Positions 13,566 through 27,231 of a stretch of DNA of 64,000 nt are shown piece after piece. The notes under the pieces are model-generated. The model was not told where the DNA came from. It ran no database searches and was given only the letters and a program-made list of their open reading frames with translations. Location: NCBI GenBank assembly GCA_051362555.1, contig CM120644.1:8502954-8566953 (forward strand). Direction: 5' to 3'. The position numbers were made by a program, and so were the translations under genes. The stretch's first letter is position 1, and each line of letters opens with the position of its first letter. Origin of the DNA: Lingula anatina (lineage: Eukaryota; Animalia; Brachiopoda).

Positions 13566-14574
13566 GTGCATGCATCTATAAGGACGTTTTGCCATGATAG
13601 ATGATGAGGAAGATTTAAATAGAAGGGTAAGGCCAATGTAAATTATGACAATCATCTACTGTCCAAAATCTCCCCACCCCAGCAAAACTTCCTAATATTT
13701 TCATTCATGAAAAAGATAAGCGGGGGGGGGGGGGGGGGGGGGGGGGGGGGTCGGGGGGTCTTGCACTTCATATCAACTCTCTTAGACCAAACTGGTTTTG
13801 AAACGTGGCAAAAGTTTCCAAATAGGATAAAGAAGGGTTACATAAGGAAAAAAAAAACTTCTGCTAGTAAATTCTCCAACACAGTAACCAGGTATCCATA
13901 CTGGAATAGACACATAACCTATGCTATGTGATATAACTCAGGATATTGGTATATAGAAATGATTCATAAATAGGTTTACATCTTTCCTGATTCCTTCAGT
14001 AGAACATGTGTGTTGGATTAACATTTACCTGCCCTGTTTTCATTAATCTCTACCTGTGTGTTACCTGTATCAGTCATAAGGAATGGAACACTACATGGTG
14101 GATGCTAGCAAGGCTGTGTTTGTGTGGGAGATGTAGAGTTTACTATATACAGGATAACAAAATCTGAATAAGCCCAGGTTTCCACTTATTCCACATATTA
14201 TTTTTTTTGTATTTCAATCTACTAACTTCTCACTTTCCTACTTGACCCTTGATAAAAAGGCATGGACATAATTGTAAATACATCTCTCATTTCTTTCAGA
14301 GAGACTGGAGTGTAAAACATTGTCCGAGTTTACTGCACTACAAGTCCCTCTGAATAAAATGAGGCATTCATGAATTCAGAATAAAGTCCCACAAGTCCAT
14401 ACCTTTAAAATGTAGGAAGTGATAGAGTTAGAACAAATATACCATGAAATTAAGGAATCTCTTGAATATGTGCATAAGACCAAGATGTACTGGGTGTATT
14501 CAGATTATCAAAAAACACCAAGAACAGCAGTGATCATAAAATAAAGTTCAGCAATGATCTGTTCAATCAAATAT

Positions 14575-14606
<32 letters not shown>

Positions 14607-17600
14607 TGAGAAAAAATAACATCAGCTGCTGTTGGTGTAATTCAGTTGGCAAACTAACTAAATCAACCACATTCAAACAACATGGGGTGAAAACAATTTG
14701 CAGGCCATGTGTCAGACTTACTATCTAGCAAATCCCTAATCTTGTCCATGTAGATTTCAAAGTAGGAAACCTGAAAAAGAAGACAAATTGCAAGTGAAAG
14801 TTTATAAAACATCTCATGAACTGTGTGTGAGAGTGTGTGTGTGCGTGCGTGCCTGCATGTGGGCTAATCATCTTCAAAAATGAGAATATTATACAATATA
14901 TTGATAACTTATGTTCATATTGGCAAATTTTCACCCAATAACAATAATTTTACACAGTTGACTAAAGATACAGGAAATCATCTGAACTTGTATTGCTAAT
15001 GTATCATTTGTTGGTGATTTACTCATTTAGCTAACACAAAAAGTAGACAAGTGCACTCCCAGGCAAAGTTTTCAAGTTTAATAGATGTGATATATGATAA
15101 CAATGGACAACTGACAACACTGTTAACAGTACTGATAAGGGGCAGAAAATATAACATATATATATATATCAATTACCTGATATATGCTTAGATAAAAGCA
15201 TGTTTAATAATGAAATCAAAACCACATTTTTTAAAAATGCTTGTCAGTGAGGGAATAATACTTAGTCTGTTTTTTTCCTTTTTTTCATCTCATATTGCTG
15301 TATTTTGTAACTTGTAGAAAAAAAAATATCCAAACATTTTTTTTTTTACAAAATGATAAATTTTATTCCTAATCAAACATATAACAGATATCTCCAATCT
15401 TCATTTCCTTTTATTTTCAAAGCATAACAGATCCCAAATCCTGATGCAGCTCTTAGAATTCACAGAAGGGAAAAATCGATACACAATATTCCCTAGGTTA
15501 ATTCAATTATCACTGGGACTAAAAGAACATCACGGAACATCTGTAAGGCAGATTCAAATGTGAAAGAAAAGGCATCAACCAGTTTATAACCACATTTCAG
15601 CTACTTTGACATAACCTGGGATTTCTCAAAACTGCTAAATAAACTAAATTAATACATATCTGCTATACAAATATGACTTTTTAAAAGTGAATTAATACCA
15701 GGCTCACATACTCGTTAATGTGATGTCAATTTGCAGAGTGACATCCACTAGGGACTCATGTATTTATATGAATATATGTGTTAACCATACTCTAGTAATG
15801 GCATAAAAACCACAATGTTGTCATAGTGCTCAACAAATTGATTGCTGTTATGATTATGAATGATCTTCCATAAACGGCAGTGCATAATGATCATACATCA
15901 CAACACTGAGGAAAAGATGTCGCAAGAAAAAAAAAACAACTATTTCTTTTCAATATCATTTTATCCTTTGGCCAGCAATCAATTACAAACAGGTGATCTA
16001 TCGGCACTATAATACTCCTGAACTTCATGGTCCTACTAAATAAATGAGATATTTATTATGGAAACTAAAAAAGTGAACAATGAATCAGATGTGACACTGA
16101 ATATTTACTCAGCACTCTCATCATTTTGGTTGATACTTTGGGGATAATTATTGACAGACCCTTTTCAGGTTTCTGCCCAAGATGCATATTAATAAGTGCT
16201 CAGCCAAAAAACTGACATATTTAGACAAAAGGTGTTCACTATTTTTAAAATAATCTTCCGTCTTAGTGACTTTAATGTATTATTTTTATATCTTTAATCA
16301 TATCAAACTATAGATTCAACTAAATATCTTGTACGACCAAAAAAAAAAAATAAATAAATAATAAATAAATAAATAAATAAATAAAAGGAATTTTATTTCA
16401 ATTAACAATCTTCTGGTATTAAATCGGGCATTTTAAGCAGTCCAAAGCTCTTGGTATGCTCTCTTATTGCATTATCCAAGATGGCATCCAGCTGTCAGTC
16501 GAGACTACTGTGGTGACTCATATATAGCGATCAGAGTCTGCCATTCCTGCACAGCACTTCTACTTAGTCCTATCCAAAGAATGGCAGACATGGTATTGAT
16601 TTTCTCTCTGTTTTCACCGAGATGATCTGGAAGGGTTATTCATATCTGCTGATAGCAGCTAGTTTCCAACAATGAACATTGTTTGACTACCAACTGGTAC
16701 AGGCAGCTATGTAAAGAATTTGCATATAGACAACTTTAACAAATGCTCTTATGTAGGCCTTTTCTCTGAAGACTTTCAGGCAAAAATTAAAGAATTCTGG
16801 GAAAAAAAAGGGTTAGAAATAAAACGTTTTTTATGTTCTTTTTTTTTTTGAAAAAAAAAAAATCATTTTTTTCCAGCCACATGATATAACTCAACTAACC
16901 TAACAGCAGTCTAGACATAACTTGGTAATTCCATCTATAAATATCTGGAAGATGCCAAAACACATGTTATATACTAAAGGCAAAAGTCTTTGAGCAGTTG
17001 CAACACAGTATACCTCCAGTAATGCAGAATCAATGTGTTCTCTTAGCTTTAACTATTAAATTATGGCTGTATTCATTTAGAACAAAAGTAATGGTCAATA
17101 AAATGTCTCTTATGCAAGAATGTTCTATTGTTATGATAAGTATAAGATGCCATTTGTAACACATTTGAAGACATAACAAATCACTGAAATCTCTTTCCCG
17201 CCCTACCCCCCCCCCCCCCCATTCCCCCAAACCACCATTCTGTATCATTCAAGCAAAGACCCCTATAATCATGTTGTCATTTCTCTAATACATCTAGTAA
17301 ATTTCAAGCAAACAAACAAGTGTATTTTTTCCATCCACCAGCCCATATAATTCCAAGGTTGTTTAACTGCCCATGTATTGATTTGGGTCAGAACATCACA
17401 TTATGTCTTCAGGTTGAAACTGTCACCAAGTTTGTTCATACACATCATGTTTCTTTTAGAGTGTTCAAGTTTAAGTTTGTGTTTACTAGAGTTAAAAGCC
17501 AATACATGGAACAATTTTTGGGTAATGTTTTTGGATCCTTTCCTTTGTGCCCAATTTTGAATATGTTGTTTTCATAATATTTATCAAATAAAAAATGAAT

Positions 17601-19313
17601 ATAAGGGCATTTTGATAATTCAAATTCTTGCCTTCAAAACTTTTATTTATAACATAGCTTTCCCATATGAAAATCCCATAGGCAGGATCTTGAATTTACA
17701 TGGATTGTCTTTTTGTTCCTTTTTTCTTTAAATTTATGAATGTTTTAAAATACTAATGAAGTGTTCACTTATTAAACTTGGCACATTCAAATCAATAACA
17801 AAAACCACCACATTCTGATACAATCTCCTGCTCCTCTCTGGTTTTAACCAGTCAAATCAAACAGATAACACATCCATCTCCAGGCTAAACCAAAACAAGC
17901 TTACATAAAAGATAAGGTTAAACATGATAGAAAACACCATCCCCTCCTGGCATTCCACATTCCCAGTCATACATTGTAAAAATCAATATACTTTCCCCTA
18001 TCTCTTATTTACAGTTACATTAGAACTGTACTAGGGCTATCTGGTTTAGTTCTCTGACTCTGACTGTACACTATCACACTATATATATATATACCCCGCA
18101 GTAAGTGAAGTGTGACTTGCTTATTACCATAAAGCACATCTGACTAGTTTTAAGAAAACCTCATTATCAATATTGATTACGTGCCAGTGGATGTAGGAAA
18201 GAAATGGCTGCAGTGGATTTGTTGAGAATTTCTCCAGTTGATTTTATGCTGAATATTCCATGTAGCACAATGTAAACAAGAAGATTCATTTGATCATCTA
18301 TTTTGTTCAAGCATAATGGTTTACATATATTATAGGGGTAAAATTCAATGCAATGCTTGCCATTTGACATGAACATTTAAAATGCTTCAAGTAGGAACAG
18401 GTACTTATATTTACTAGTACAGTGGTTTACTGCCACATAATTTAATTGGAAAACAGCACAGTACGTGCACATGCATATGTGCTTGTAAAAAGCACAGGCA
18501 AGTACAAGCTATTGTTTGACTCTTCAATTCATCTGGTAAAATGTGTCCTCATCAATACAAGCACAAGGCAACCAGATAGCACTTTGAATATAATATTGTT
18601 GGTCAGATGGCCATTTAGGCTAAATGACCTGGTAAATGACCACTGTGGCCAAGTTAATGTGTTTTTGAGTGGAAGGCTATCCCAAGGCAATTAACCTTTG
18701 CTGGCAGTAGCAGCCACCCATCCAGATAGGCCCACAGCAAATCATGTTATATAGAGGTAAAGCCATGTCCTGCTTCATTTGATGCCTTGCCTGAAGTTCT
18801 TTTTTTTTTGATGTACATCAACTTGTAAAAAAAAATTCATTTTTTTTTTTTTTGAAGGGTGGGGCTGGGAGTGAAGTTGGACATTTACCAATGACTCTGC
18901 ACTAAACAACATTCCCTTAGATTTTCATTTTTCACTTTACATTTGGTATCTATCCCAACATTAGGAAAAATTCCAAATTTATGCTTTCAACAAATTAATT
19001 GTTGGAGTGGTCTTAATGTGATGGCTGTCTGTGTGTCAACTTTTTTTTTCTAAGAAGTTTAAATGCACCAGAAGAAAAAAATCAACCTAATGGGTATGAT
19101 CCAAAAAACAAAAGAACGATAAATTCAAAAAAGTATTTAAAAATCCTTGTTGAGCTCAGGAAAATAGGAGACATCAGTTAGTTAAAATCAAAACATGATT
19201 CAAGTGTTTACCATTTAGTTTCCATAAATCACACCTATCCCAGAAAAGAAAAGGAAAACTACAATCTGTTTTTGTCTTTAAATTGAAGACTTGCTTCCCC
19301 ACCCAAATAAGTA

Positions 19314-19350
<37 letters not shown>

Positions 19351-20083
19351 ATATAATGCCCCTATATTTTTTCTCTACCAAAAAAAAAGTGGTGTTAAAA
19401 CTTTTGAAGTCCCATTTTATTTAGCAGTTCAACAAGTCGTACTAAAAACCATTGTGGGGCAGGTTCAGTCAACCTTAGTAAACTTCACACCCACCTAAAC
19501 AGGTTTTAATACACTCCTTGCCTCCCTCACCTTGTAAAAATATACAAAAGTAAACACCTTTTGTTCTTTTCTTTCAATACAAAGGGTTTGGCATATACGT
19601 CAAAAACCTTTTCTCTTTATTGCGGTTATTATTATTTTTTTTCATGCAAGGTGTGAAGAGTCAACTGGAAAAGCAGTCAGTCAAGTTCTCCAAAAACACA
19701 TTTACTTTTGGTTCAGGAAGGCATTTGCTCTTTCCCTTTGTTCGTAATCTACGGGTCAAACCTATCCCACGGGTGAGGGGGTGTAAAACTACACAGACGA
19801 CAGACCGTGTGGAAGCCAGGGGAAAAAAATTTGTCTGCACTATTTGCACCATTTCATCTTAGCCCCAGCTGCTTTAATCTTCTTGTTTTGACCATCAGTC
19901 AGGGGTAATCTGGAGTGATCAAATCACCTCAACAGTCCATTAGGTTCAAAGGAGTACTTGTTCTGCAGTTTGGAATAGAACTTACAATTTTTATCAATCT
20001 GGCTCAGTTTATATTCCACACACCAGGATATAGTGTCCTATATGTCAAAACTATTTCAATTCAAACCTCACTACTTGTGCAAG

Positions 20084-20126
<43 letters not shown>

Positions 20127-22048
20127 TGTTTTAATTTGAAAGCCATCTCCCATAAAAAACAATCTGGTTATCCAATTATATCATAATCAGATATAGCTAA
20201 AATATTATTTCTCTTCCTAAATCATTTTAGTTGACAGCATGGCTCTCGGCAGTATACATCAGTGCCAACTCTACATAACACCTCTGTATGTACTATATAT
20301 ATATGCACCAGAAATATGTTTCAAGGCAAGGCGGTCTGCACTCTTGTACAACCTGAAGGAAACAACTATGACACATATGGCCACCTAATATTACTTAAGG
20401 CATTACTCGGTGTCAATTTTTCCTTTTCAAAAATGACGAAAATCAAGGCAAAATTGCAGAAGAAAATCAACAAACCAAAAGGATATAGGCACTGAAAGAA
20501 GCTATAGGCAGTTCTTATAAGGACAAACAGTAACATATATCTAAGGTACTGGGAGCAAATGCCAAAGTGTTTTAGGTAAAGGCAAAATTGCTGAAATCTC
20601 CAAAATATTTCTTCACCCTTCTGCCTGAAAAGCTAGGTATGTCACTGATAATATTTTAGAAAAGCAGAATTTTCTGCTATCAGCAATTTCATATGTCTTT
20701 CTTTCTTCTTTTTTTTTTTTACCTTGATATGAAATTCTAAGTTTTCATCCATCTGATAGATGTACTGGAAAATGTCAGAGATAATTCTTGGAATGATGCC
20801 CTGTTTTGTGGTGTCCCCAAGCACACCCTGAAAACAGAGGAAAACACCACGTTAATTAAGTCAGTTCTTTTCTTTTTTCTTACTTTTTACTAAAAGGAGA
20901 TCTAAACAAGAGACACACATTTAAGTATGGCCTGGTCAATTTGTTCAAAGACAAACCAGTATGTTGGTAGAAAGACCAGTCCATTACAGTACATATGCCA
21001 TCAAATTAATGTCATTATCATCTCTGTGTATTACTTATTTCTTTCAGATATATATATTTCAACCATACGTAAATAGTACTTCTATCCACATATTATTTCT
21101 TACCTCCATAGTGTGTGTCTTGCCACTAGATGTCTGTCCATAGGCAAATATTGTTCCATTGTAACCACCAAGAACATCTAAAATATAAATGATTCAATAA
21201 TAATAATAATAACAGAATAAGCAATACCATGTAAACATTTGTATTCATTCTACATTGTGTATGTATGTTTTTGGTGTTTTAAGCTACCTATGCAGGCAGA
21301 TTGGAGGTGTTCTTTAAAACAAAAACAAATTGTTTTTTGGTGTGCGATGTTTGAAAATCCACTTTTTATGCACACAGAAAAAGTGGATTTATCGGTTAGT
21401 CATCTTTATTCTTATTATTTATTAATGTGACTGCTCTAAAACGGAAACAAAAATCTGGGCACATTCAGTGTTACAGTAACAGTCTGCAAACCCAATATCT
21501 TTTAATAAGTTAACAGATTTCTTAGCATTTCAAAATATGTTCTTCTTATCTACACGATTTATAACTATCTCCACAAAATCAACACAGCACCCCTGCCCAC
21601 TCCAGTAAATAATAAATAGCTTGAACATGGCTCATTTCTTCACCTATGTCTATATTTACCACATACCATCTGCCAGCACAGACACATACAGCACCTTGCA
21701 GGTATCTGCTGGATATATGTAGTATACCTGTATCATAGACATTCTGTTAGCTCACAATTATTTGGCCTATGCACAGGCACTTGTGTACCTGGACAGTCAG
21801 CATATAATGATATTAGTGCATTCAGTTATACATCTAGGTATAAGTATAGCTTGGGCATAGAGAATGTAAATCTTTGACACTTTTATTGGCGTTAATTTAT
21901 TTTACACCAAATGACTACTAGTAATAAAATCACAAATTCCAATAAAATATCCAAACCTTTCTTTGAACCAAACAAAATACTATTTACAGCTACAGTAAAA
22001 TTGTTTTGGCATCTGGTGAAAATTCCACAAGACAGTCTGACACAAACT

Positions 22049-22132
<84 letters not shown>

Positions 22133-25100
22133 CTGTGCTACATGTTCTCAGTTATACTAGTACTGGGATATGCTACTTATGTGGTATTTGATATGAGAAG
22201 AGATACCTGCCCCATACTATCCACAAAGCTTTCACAGAGTATGATATATAGGTGGATACTAGTAGGGGGTAACATGCCGTGACTGATATTAGTTCTGCAG
22301 TGTGATCAAGGTCAACAAGATTAAGGTGCCAGTCAAATCCAGGATTTCACTATCTCTGGGTAAGGGAGGGAGCCGAGGGGGGTGATTATCGGACTTATCT
22401 CTTTTCGTTTACCAAATAAATTATGCATTAGCCATCATAACTTCAAAATGAATATCAGATGATTAAAGGTCAAGCCTGGATTCTCTTTTGAACTCTACTT
22501 TTAAACAATAGAAAACAAGGAGATACAACAGATGATATATGAATCCCTTTTAATAGTAATCTTATGCTAAACCTCAAGGAAAAGGGAACAAAATGCTGCA
22601 AGGCTTTGAAAGTCATCAAAACAGACATACTCAAGAAAATATAGCAGCCATGTCTCGAGCAAATTTCAAGTTAGAGTTGGAAAAAGTCTCTACTGAAATG
22701 AGATCATGCAAGGCTATCATCAATGGACTCTCAGTGCCTCAAGGAGCAACAACTTTCCAATGGAGGCCTGAGTGTCTTCATGTGACCATTGTCTTCACAC
22801 CCGAGCCTCAGAGCGAACTGGAAACCAGCCTCTCAGAAGCATACTGACAATAGAAATACAAGGCTGGTTTACAGTCCATTCTGAATGCACAGCTAAGAAG
22901 CGCAAGCACAGAGAGACCCAGGTTTTGTATCTATTCACTAACCAGTTGCAGCATTGATTTTTTCCTGATCTTTCTCCTGCTCTCTTGCTATTATTTGTCT
23001 GCTGCATGTGGTTTGGGGTTTACTCAGTAAATGGGTTTTTTCCCCATCCATCTCCTAACTGGGTATTGCCTTAGATTTTTTTTTTTCATAAGTCTTAGAG
23101 ATAGGAAATTAGGTTTGGGGGGGGGGGGGGGGGATCCCAACTGCAATTTTAACCATCATAATGTATGTCCTTTACATCCTGATTTGTGACAGGATGTTTT
23201 GTAAAATGGGAAAAGGTGGATGATTTATGAGGTATTATAGATGCATGCTGTTTGCATACCTGAGAAAAAGAGGAAAACTGAATTCCCTCCTTCTCTCTAC
23301 AATATTCTGAGAAAACTCACATCTGTGCACACACCAAATTGCTAAATCACTGCAAATTTTTATTTAAATTTTTCTGCCTGGGTAAGTTTGCTATCAGTGT
23401 AACTTGCCTTACAGGCCTTAATTTTGTAAGAAATATTACAACTGAAGCTACCCAGGGTTGTGCAAGCTGATCTTCATCAACCAACAATTTCTCAATCAAA
23501 AGTCAAATATTTTCCAGAATTTCCATTTTGAAAAGTACACTTTTATTCCTGGTATTTCCAGTCTTAGAGGGAGCCCTGGGGAATGCATCAGAACCAAGAC
23601 ACCTATACCCTACAGCACTTCCTCTGATGTGATAACTGCTATTGTAGTGGACTACCAATTTATGTCATTTTGTGACATAACAAATGACACTGTCCGTAAT
23701 GCAGTGAACCACAACTTTCCTCATTACTGAGGGGGAAATGGGTCTTTTCTCAGTGTTGAGGCACCACATACAAAAACATCTGTCATTAGGTTCCCTTTTT
23801 CTTAAGAACCTGATTACCTTAGTTAACTGTATAAGAGATCACATTGATGCCAATCAAATATTATATATACTAGTGCTAGTAAAGAAAAAGTCCATCATGA
23901 TCATCTCATTAACATGATCAATACTGTTTTCTTTATGCTCACTTAAAGAGTTCTCCTCTCAGTGCTAATTGGTCCACTGGTAAAGTCCACAGACCCATAT
24001 TGCACATCATGTCATCACAGCTGTTTACTAGTACTTACTTAGAATCACCAGGAATAAGCCAGGAGAGGGTATCGGACCATTACTCATCGATGCTTAGAAC
24101 TGTAGGTTAAAACCTTAAAATACTTGGTATTAACTGACAAAAACAAGACAAGCTATTTAATACACTTCACAATACTGATTTTATTATGATTTGGTCAAAA
24201 AGGAAAGATAAAACAACATTGTCCTGCATAAAAAAGTACAACAGTGATTTCAACAAAATCAACATAACTTATCCAGAGTGACTAGGCATTATTCACTGGC
24301 TATACACAGAGCAAAGAATGAGATGAGGCTATACTCTCTGAACCTGGTTGAGTTACTAGTAAGCCTGTCCACTGACAAGAAGAATTCAAGCACATCCAAC
24401 TGTTAAAGCAGTTAAGCACCTATTTTTTTATCTTTGAGTCAAATGAACGTAATGTCTAATGATTGTAACCAAAAAGAATTATTTATTTTCATACTTCCAC
24501 TACCATAGTATTAGTCAAGCCAGCAAATTTTCCACAACAGATAAAAAGTCTAGTACCCCAATGAGTAAAGGTCTCCAGTCTCCAGATGATCAAACTACCA
24601 TTTCTGCACTACAGAATAGGACATGAAATAGCTTTTACAGTTATCATTTAAACAGACTAAGAGGCTGTTCATATCTGATTCAACTTTAACCCTGAAAGCA
24701 GTTTTAATATAAAGTTAATGGTCTGATTGATTTACTTGTAACTACTTCTGCTTTAAAGATGCCTTTGTTGTACCTATGGGTTTTGGCAGTTGGGCCACTT
24801 TAGGCTGAAGTTAAAACTTGATATGCAAAGACCTAATACTATTAGCTTGAAACTAGATCAAGTTAAACACAGTGTACTGTTTACTATGAAATCCTTTTTA
24901 ACTAAAAAAAGAGAAATGTTTATCTTAAGCACTTGTATAATATATGACACTGGTACTAGTACATGATTTGTAGTTAACTTATTTAAAAACTCCATAAACA
25001 AAATAATCCACTCTTTCAAATAACCATTTCCGTAGGCCTCATCAATCAAAATCCAGACAGGTTTATTCAGGTATAACCTAATTGCCAACAAACCTGAAAC

Positions 25101-26692
25101 GCACAAGACAATATGTCTGATACAGCTTAGTCATCAGAGATCACCAGTGAAGTGCCAAAAAATTTCTGGCTGCTGACCTCAATGATGAACACAAGGTCAA
25201 ATAACTCAACATAAACTTCATTAAGCCTATCCCCAATGTTGAGATTTATGCATGAAGCAAGGAAGGTTAATGATCAATAATCTTTCCTCTTTCTTTTTTG
25301 AATAGGAAAATGAACTACATTCAACAAAGTCTACTTGATGCTATGTCAGTGTTATTAAGTCTGTACCTCTGATTTTAAGTTCCACTAGGCAAGCCTCCCC
25401 CCCCCCCCCCTTATATTCTGAACAGTCATCTACAATTCTCTCAGTTGAATAGGAGACTGGTTTAAGGGACCAGTTAAATGATCCCACTTATGATTCAAGT
25501 CTGTTGCTGCAGATAAATCTAATATATTCCTTTTTAGTTGGTTTTTACAATTGTCTTTTTGTAATGTCAGATAAATAACTTAATGTTATTTAATAAATTG
25601 GCGTATTGAACGAGTATGTTTATGTTAGTGCATATGCATGGATATAAATACAGCTGTAAGTAAATCTGAGAATAACCAGATTTTCAAGAAAAAAAATACG
25701 AAAAACACTTTCACAAATACTAAAAATTTAAAACAAACTAAATACTTACCAGCAACAATGGGCTTTGCTGCTACCTCATACACAGACTCTTGTGTAATAT
25801 TTGGTTTTAACACCTTATCAAACATAAACAACTTGCCCTAAAATGAAAACATGGCCATCATGAAAATGCAGCTGCCCTAGGCAGTGGTATCTCAAATTAA
25901 TTAAAAAGTTGAGTAAAGATACATTTGGATCATTCTGGTGAGAAAAATTATTTTGACAAAATGCTGGATAATTTTACAAAAATAAAAAATTAACCAGTCT
26001 GCAGAGAAATTTTGTGAAAAATAGTCTTTAAGTTTAATTTTAGATTTTTTCATCAAATTGGAAGATGCTCAGCATTTGGCTACATTCTACTGATGTCTTG
26101 TTATTGGATTAACATTATGAAAAATATTTGTCAACAGCTCAAAATATATCGAATGCTGAAGTCTAATTCAAAATCAATCCGATAAAATATCATTTATTAC
26201 ACATATTATTACAATGCAAATGCTGAAATGTAAGTCACAAGATAATAAATTTCACCAATTTTGAAAGCTGTACAAACGCAAACTAATTTTATGATAGAAA
26301 AAATCTGCCAGTAGATATGTATCATTCTATGTAACTTAATTATGAAAAGGGGAAAAAAGACAACTGTCTGATGTAAAGCTGCCACAAATAAAAGTTGATC
26401 TATGGAAAATGTGTCCTGCCAACAGCATAAACATTACTTTCTGAATCATTTCTGCAGTGATTACCAATGCCCATTTGTTCATAACATCTCAGTCAGATTC
26501 TCTAGGGAACAGTATCGATTGCGCATTATTATAAACGCGTACTTATGTATGATGAGAAAGAGAGATACTTACGCCCAACGTGACCGAGTCATCAGACGGA
26601 AATTTTGCGATGAATTTGCTCCCAGCCCTCTCTTCTATCTCATTCAAGGGCCGAATACGGCATATAACCTTGATGTTGCACTCGTCTGCCAT
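3649..26692 (-). CDS. Khc: Kinesin-1 heavy chain (KIF5/Khc orthologue), multi-exon, 3' end incomplete in window
   Basis: GT-AG exons in transcript order: 26573-26692, 25750-25837, 21104-21177, 20723-20827, 14722-14770, (12471-12526 or 11492-11547), 10158-10245, 9584-9708, 9218-9322, 8724-8872, 8212-8360, 7711-7901, 7012-7287, 6489-6638, 5935-6129, 5559-5676, 5140-5302, 4581-4827, 4105-4206, 3649-3785. Phases join into one frame of 895 codons plus 2 nt. Motifs: [16 protein letters not shown]-loop GQTSSGKT, switch I NEHSSRSH, switch [64 protein letters not shown]. The YQxEVDRIKEAV/IAK tail exons were not found in 1-3648. Confidence 0.97.
9990..10128. mobile_element. Palindromic MITE remnant (PIF/Harbinger-like end) in kinesin intron 7
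   Basis: Nested inverted arms ccgtacg..aggctgt / acagcct..cgtacgg, ending in ggttgtgaccgaggcttaa. It is a CpG-rich island in an AT-rich intron. Confidence 0.5.
11290..11470 (-). repeat. Degenerate 53-56 bp minisatellite carrying splice-donor-like AGTGG|GTGAG in each unit
   Basis: Core ctcacccact starts at 11295, 11348, 11404 and 11460, immediately downstream of the exon 6b donor. Confidence 0.8.
11492..11547 (-). CDS. Khc: Kinesin heavy chain exon 6b (mutually exclusive variant)
   Basis: tag|TTACCAAAAGC...TACGTGAAG|gtgggt, 56 nt, encodes (I)[18 protein letters not shown]. Confidence 0.92.
12471..12526 (-). CDS. Khc: Kinesin heavy chain exon 6a (mutually exclusive variant)
   Basis: cag|TCACCAAAACC...TATGTGAAG|gtagat, 56 nt, encodes (I)[18 protein letters not shown]. 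Confidence 0.92.
22053..22110. repeat. (TA)n microsatellite
   Basis: Uninterrupted TA run. Other simple repeats: (TG)n near 13520-13562, 20086-20129 and 59920-59950; (CA)n near 57716-57755; (TA)n near 45311-45377 and 45433-45499; poly-G near 1587-1612, 13722-13749 and 14576-14605. Confidence 0.95.
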
Positions 26693-27231
26693 TTTAGCAG
26701 TCCTTGGCAAAAAATAAATAAATTATGAAATGATATGTGAATTATTAAAATGCTGTCAGCGCTGGTTTTCGATCACTTGAATCTGCTCTCCGTCATCGCA
26801 AATATCCGACCGGTAAAATGTTTCCTTTTTCGGTATTCCTCCTGTAGTATTGTACCGGTAAAGTATCCTTCAGATGGCAAGAGAAGAGCTTTGCTTGCCT
26901 TGTGTTAATGGAAGCAGTGGTTTTCACTCAAAGTCCTGAGTAAAATCTACAATAATCCACAGTTATAAGGTCTACTGTGAACCACTGACTTCCATATTTA
27001 CTCTAAAGTGGGGCATGCTGGGAAAAATGACGTCATGTCTGCATACTATTAACCTTTTCGTTTGCTATTTCAGATGGTTTACTCGTTTTTACTCAAATTA
27101 TACTCCATTGATTCGATTATTTTTATTAGTTAACGTCTAAATTTTGATGAAATCAAATTCTTTATCAAAGAGGTGTAAAATATCACGTGATTAGCCAGAC
27201 ATCACATGACTGTGTAGTTCAAAATGGCGGC
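26693..27231. promoter_or_regulatory. Bidirectional promoter shared by kinesin heavy chain and GLB1
   Basis: 531 bp between divergent ATGs (26692 and 27224). ZNF143/Staf-like site TTCCCAGCATGCCC on the minus strand (27011-27024), CRE TGACGTCA (27028-27035), E-boxes TCACGTGA (27183-27190) and TCACATGAC (27202-27210), and YY1-like CAAAATGGCGGC over the GLB1 ATG. Confidence 0.75.

Noticed and set aside
19531-19900. Alternative internal first exon of kinesin ending at AAG|gtgagg (19531)
   Set aside because: The donor is good, but there is no in-frame ATG and no promoter evidence; cannot be supported without RNA data.
21911-22282. 123-aa ORF with YI repeats (also 45092-45524)
   Set aside because: Open only because (TA)n microsatellites lack stop codons.
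22593-23007. Nested gene in kinesin intron 2
   Set aside because: Short overlapping ORFs with no recognisable motif or consistent splice structure.
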